Assembly (NCBI GenBank): GCA_020027215.1
Contig: JAHRAO010000006.1
Span: forward strand, 1,939-65,938
Reading direction: 5' to 3'
From: Gammaproteobacteria bacterium
GTDB taxonomy: Bacteria > Pseudomonadota > Gammaproteobacteria > JABABF01 > JAHRAO01
DNA: 64,000 nucleotides
The position numbers were made by a program, and so were the translations under genes. Positions 61,193 to 64,000 of this stretch are shown one piece after another. Every line of letters starts with the position of its first letter. Position 1 is the first letter of the stretch. The notes under the pieces were generated by a model that was given only the letters and a program-made list of their open reading frames with translations, was not told where the DNA came from and ran no database searches.

Positions 61193-63295
61193 CTAAAATT
61201 TAAAATTCAATTTTACTCCGTAATTTCGTCCGGGCAAAGGGAGATGATCTTTGACAAAAGAGGTATGATTGCGTGCAATTTCATTGAGTAGGTTTTTCCC
61301 ATATACCGATAAAGTCATACCGACACTATCTTCTCTTAATAAAAATACTTTGGAAAACCTTATATCCAACATTTCATAGCCACGCGTTGGGTTTTCTGTC
61401 GATGCGACTTTGTTTTGGTGCCCCACATCTTTTAAGCTGATGAGGAATTTCAGCCCCGCTTGCTTATAGTGATAGGCGACCTTGTAAAAATTGCGTGCTG
61501 CCACTAGCCGAGGGATATACCCACCATCGGCAAATGTGCCCGATACATCATCCCTTCCATAAGAAAGGGTCAGTTCACCTTTCGCAAGATGAAGTATTTG
61601 ACCCAATTCAAATTCGTATCCTCGCAAACGAGCATTTTGCTGCCGATACGACGCTGGAATGAACAAAGGGTGAATATTGGCATCTACAGGACCTTCATCC
61701 ATGAGATATATATAATTATCTACCTCATTATTGAAGAATGTAATGGTGGTAAAAAAATCATTCACAATGACATCCACAGTCAAATCAACATTGTGTGCGC
61801 GTTCTGCGTGCAAGTGAGGGTGGCCTCTTTCAAATCGTTGCGTGGATAGATGTGGTCCATTGATAAATAGCTCAACCGCTGCCGGCGCTCGCTCTACAAG
61901 CGACACGCCTAAAGTTGCTGTAAGATGATCGGTTATGTTGCGCCTTAAACCTAAGGCAACACTCGTATTATTGTGTTGGCTCCTAAAATCCTGTTGATCG
62001 ATCATTCCCTTTCGGGTCACGCGATCATGGCGCACTGCTCCATCAATGTGAATAGATGGGAAGTCTTTACTCCAATAATAACCCCATGTTATTTCACTAG
62101 AACGAGTCGGGGCGATAAAAATTTCGTCCCCTATCATACTGATATCTTCATTCGTGAAGTTGATCGTTATTTTTTGTTTGAACTTTGGTGTGCTCATATC
62201 CCATATCGATCCGAACTCTTGTCCATCATTCTGAAAAGTCGTCTGATGCGAGATCTCTGCTGTTTCTTCTTCCGCTAAAGTGTAATGGGTATCTACAAAA
62301 GCATAACGAACATTTTTGATCCATGAACTATCCCATTTATATTCTCCCATAATCGTCGTAATACGAGCATCGGTTCCTATAAATACTCTTTCCTCTCCGT
62401 GATCTTCATCGTCGCTTTCCATGTCCATATGATCTTTTTCTTCTTCCACATGGAATGGTATGCCATAAAGTGCATCGGAGTTGGCATACGAGATTCCAAC
62501 ATATCCCCAAGATCCAGTTTTTGAAATAGCTCCTTTTTGTAAAGATTTCTCAAAATCGGAATTATCCAAAGTATTACGTACAGGGTCAGGGTGTTCATCG
62601 TCATCATGAAGCACGGGCATAACGGCACCGCTGGGAATATCGTAGTTCCCTAAATTCACTTTACTATACGCCATACTGAAATTGAGTCCTCCCCAATGTC
62701 CACGATAAGTCAGTTGCCCCGCATTGCCATCATTAACGCTTTGCGTCTCTCCGCCGACAAATACTTCTGGGTGCTCAATATTACTTTTAGCAATGGCATT
62801 ATCCACGATATTGATAATGCCGCCAATCGCTCCATGGGTATAAAATAACGAGGCGGGACCGCGCACGATTTCTATGTGCTGTACATGGCTCAGATCAATA
62901 TCATTGATATGATCCGCACCTAAAGATGAGACATCGCGCACTATATTCCCATTATGTAAAACCTTCACTCGGTTGCCCAACATCCCGCGAATAACTGGCT
63001 GACCGACCGCAGCACCATAATCACTTGACGAGACTCCCAATAAATGATCTAGCGCTTGACCGAGACTTTGCGTTGCACCCTCCGTAATCCACTCTCCATT
63101 AACGACATGTAATGGGTGAGTAATTTCATCTAATGATGAATGAATATAGGAAGAGGTAATGACCACTTCTTCAATGGCATCATCCGTTAAAACAGAGGGG
63201 GAACTCGCATCCATGCTCGGCGTTGTAGGGTCTGCTTCTAAATACCCTGTTAGCAAAAATAGCAACAACACAATGCATCGGATAGATGATATCAT
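61193..63295 (-). CDS. TonB-dependent receptor, ZnuD-like (metal uptake)
   Basis: Signal peptide, TonB box EEVVIT, plug PVIRG..IEIVRGPASL, His/acidic loops (HDDDEH; HVEEEKDHMDMESDDEDHGEE), ELFINGPH, RNHTSFVK..PLPGRN, terminal F. Confidence 0.88.
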   Translation of the reverse strand: MISSIRCIVLLLFLLTGYLEADPTTPSMDASSPSVLTDDAIEEVVITSSYIHSSLDEITHPLHVVNGEWITEGATQSLGQALDHLLGVSSSDYGAAVGQPVIRGMLGNRVKVLHNGNIVRDVSSLGADHINDIDLSHVQHIEIVRGPASLFYTHGAIGGIINIVDNAIAKSNIEHPEVFVGGETQSVNDGNAGQLTYRGHWGGLNFSMAYSKVNLGNYDIPSGAVMPVLHDDDEHPDPVRNTLDNSDFEKSLQKGAISKTGSWGYVGISYANSDALYGIPFHVEEEKDHMDMESDDEDHGEERVFIGTDARITTIMGEYKWDSSWIKNVRYAFVDTHYTLAEEETAEISHQTTFQNDGQEFGSIWDMSTPKFKQKITINFTNEDISMIGDEIFIAPTRSSEITWGYYWSKDFPSIHIDGAVRHDRVTRKGMIDQQDFRSQHNNTSVALGLRRNITDHLTATLGVSLVERAPAAVELFINGPHLSTQRFERGHPHLHAERAHNVDLTVDVIVNDFFTTITFFNNEVDNYIYLMDEGPVDANIHPLFIPASYRQQNARLRGYEFELGQILHLAKGELTLSYGRDDVSGTFADGGYIPRLVAARNFYKVAYHYKQAGLKFLISLKDVGHQNKVASTENPTRGYEMLDIRFSKVFLLREDSVGMTLSVYGKNLLNEIARNHTSFVKDHLPLPGRNYGVKLNFKF

Positions 63296-63354
63296 TTAAT
63301 ATACCTCTTCACGGTGATGTCATTTTAACATATATGTCTTCAGAGCCCCCCCCC

Positions 63355-63383
63355 TTGCCTAAAATGATATTTTATGCTATACT
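63355..63383 (+). promoter_or_regulatory. Sigma70-type promoter overlapped by a possible Zur-like box
   Basis: TTGCCT-N17-TATACT with extended TG. TGCTATACTATACCC (63375-63389) partly matches TGTTATAnTATAACA. Confidence 0.5.
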
Positions 63384-63392
63384 ATACCCTGT

Positions 63393-63995
63393 ATGGGTAT
63401 AGAGCGCTTTTTATATATTATTATCTTCATGGCATGGATGGGCACTTTAGACGCCCGACCTATTTCTTATCCAGGCGGTTCGACTGTTATGGCGCACTCT
63501 GATACACTACGCAATACTTTTTTTTACCATTACTCCCCTTCCTACAAATATTCTGTCGGTATCCAAAGTGTAAAAGACAAGGTTCTCGACGAAGAATATG
63601 CCTCTTTACGATTAACTTATTTAGTCAATAGAAAAAACACCGTGACTTCGCAAAGAAATTTGTATCTTCAAGCGGGTATCGCATACACGGATAATTATTT
63701 TTATGGTATTCATGGCGATTGGGAGACCAGAAGGTTATTTCTCGGATTAGGATATCGGCAGAATTACAATACCCAAAGAGATTTTTCCGAACAATACATC
63801 CAATTGGGGATCACCCCTTATATTGGCGATTACGGTGATTTTCACACATGGTTGATGGTAAAAAGTAAAAGAAATACGATTACTCGTGTATGGGAAACTT
63901 ACCCTTTTATCAAGTTTTTTATGCGGAATGCTCTCTTTGAGGTCGGTTATAGTGATCAGTCAAACTGGGATGCCCATTTAATGTATCAATTCTAA
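63393..63995 (+). CDS. Exported hypothetical protein, probable small beta-barrel
   Basis: Signal peptide then RPISYPGG; alternating aromatic beta-strands; DWETRR; C-terminal aromatic (YQF). Confidence 0.7.
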   Translation: MGIERFLYIIIFMAWMGTLDARPISYPGGSTVMAHSDTLRNTFFYHYSPSYKYSVGIQSVKDKVLDEEYASLRLTYLVNRKNTVTSQRNLYLQAGIAYTDNYFYGIHGDWETRRLFLGLGYRQNYNTQRDFSEQYIQLGITPYIGDYGDFHTWLMVKSKRNTITRVWETYPFIKFFMRNALFEVGYSDQSNWDAHLMYQF

Positions 63996-64000
63996 ATGAG

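Overview
Chromosomal window from a gammaproteobacterium, probably marine (Na+-NQR operon, sigma32 groESL promoter, TonB receptor). Positions 1-~14.8 kb are a mosaic accessory island just downstream of glmS, the classical attTn7 hotspot; no transposase or convincing Tn7 end is visible. The island holds: (i) a defence-like cluster (5'-truncated SF1 helicase with Vsr-like nuclease and DUF3320-type tail, a PD-(D/E)xK/DUF5655-like protein, an HsdR-like scar, a T5orf172 GIY-YIG protein); (ii) a decayed Mu-like head/neck/collagen-fibre module with four in-frame nonsense codons and no frameshifts; (iii) an intact low-GC four-gene block (TcmP-like methyltransferase, DUF5131 three-Cys protein, DUF6731-like protein, 4-TM protein) fused onto the stump of a type III Mod gene. 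Block (iii) is the best candidate for an uncharacterised system. The rest is mostly housekeeping: glmUS, pyrE, ftsEX, alr, an RND pair, DUF1538 plus two PII genes, nqrA-F/apbE, hyuAB, sbcB, fumarase, groESL, pdxA-rsmA-apaG-apaH, MATE, prfB, map-glnD-nth, tadA and a ZnuD-like receptor. Oddities in this part include a secreted pepsin-like protease, a HEPN-motif orphan, an apparent ATT start, prfB without its frameshift, and a TGA-interrupted PuuD-like gene. Family names come from motif recognition only; no database search was run. No rRNA, tRNA or CRISPR array was seen.
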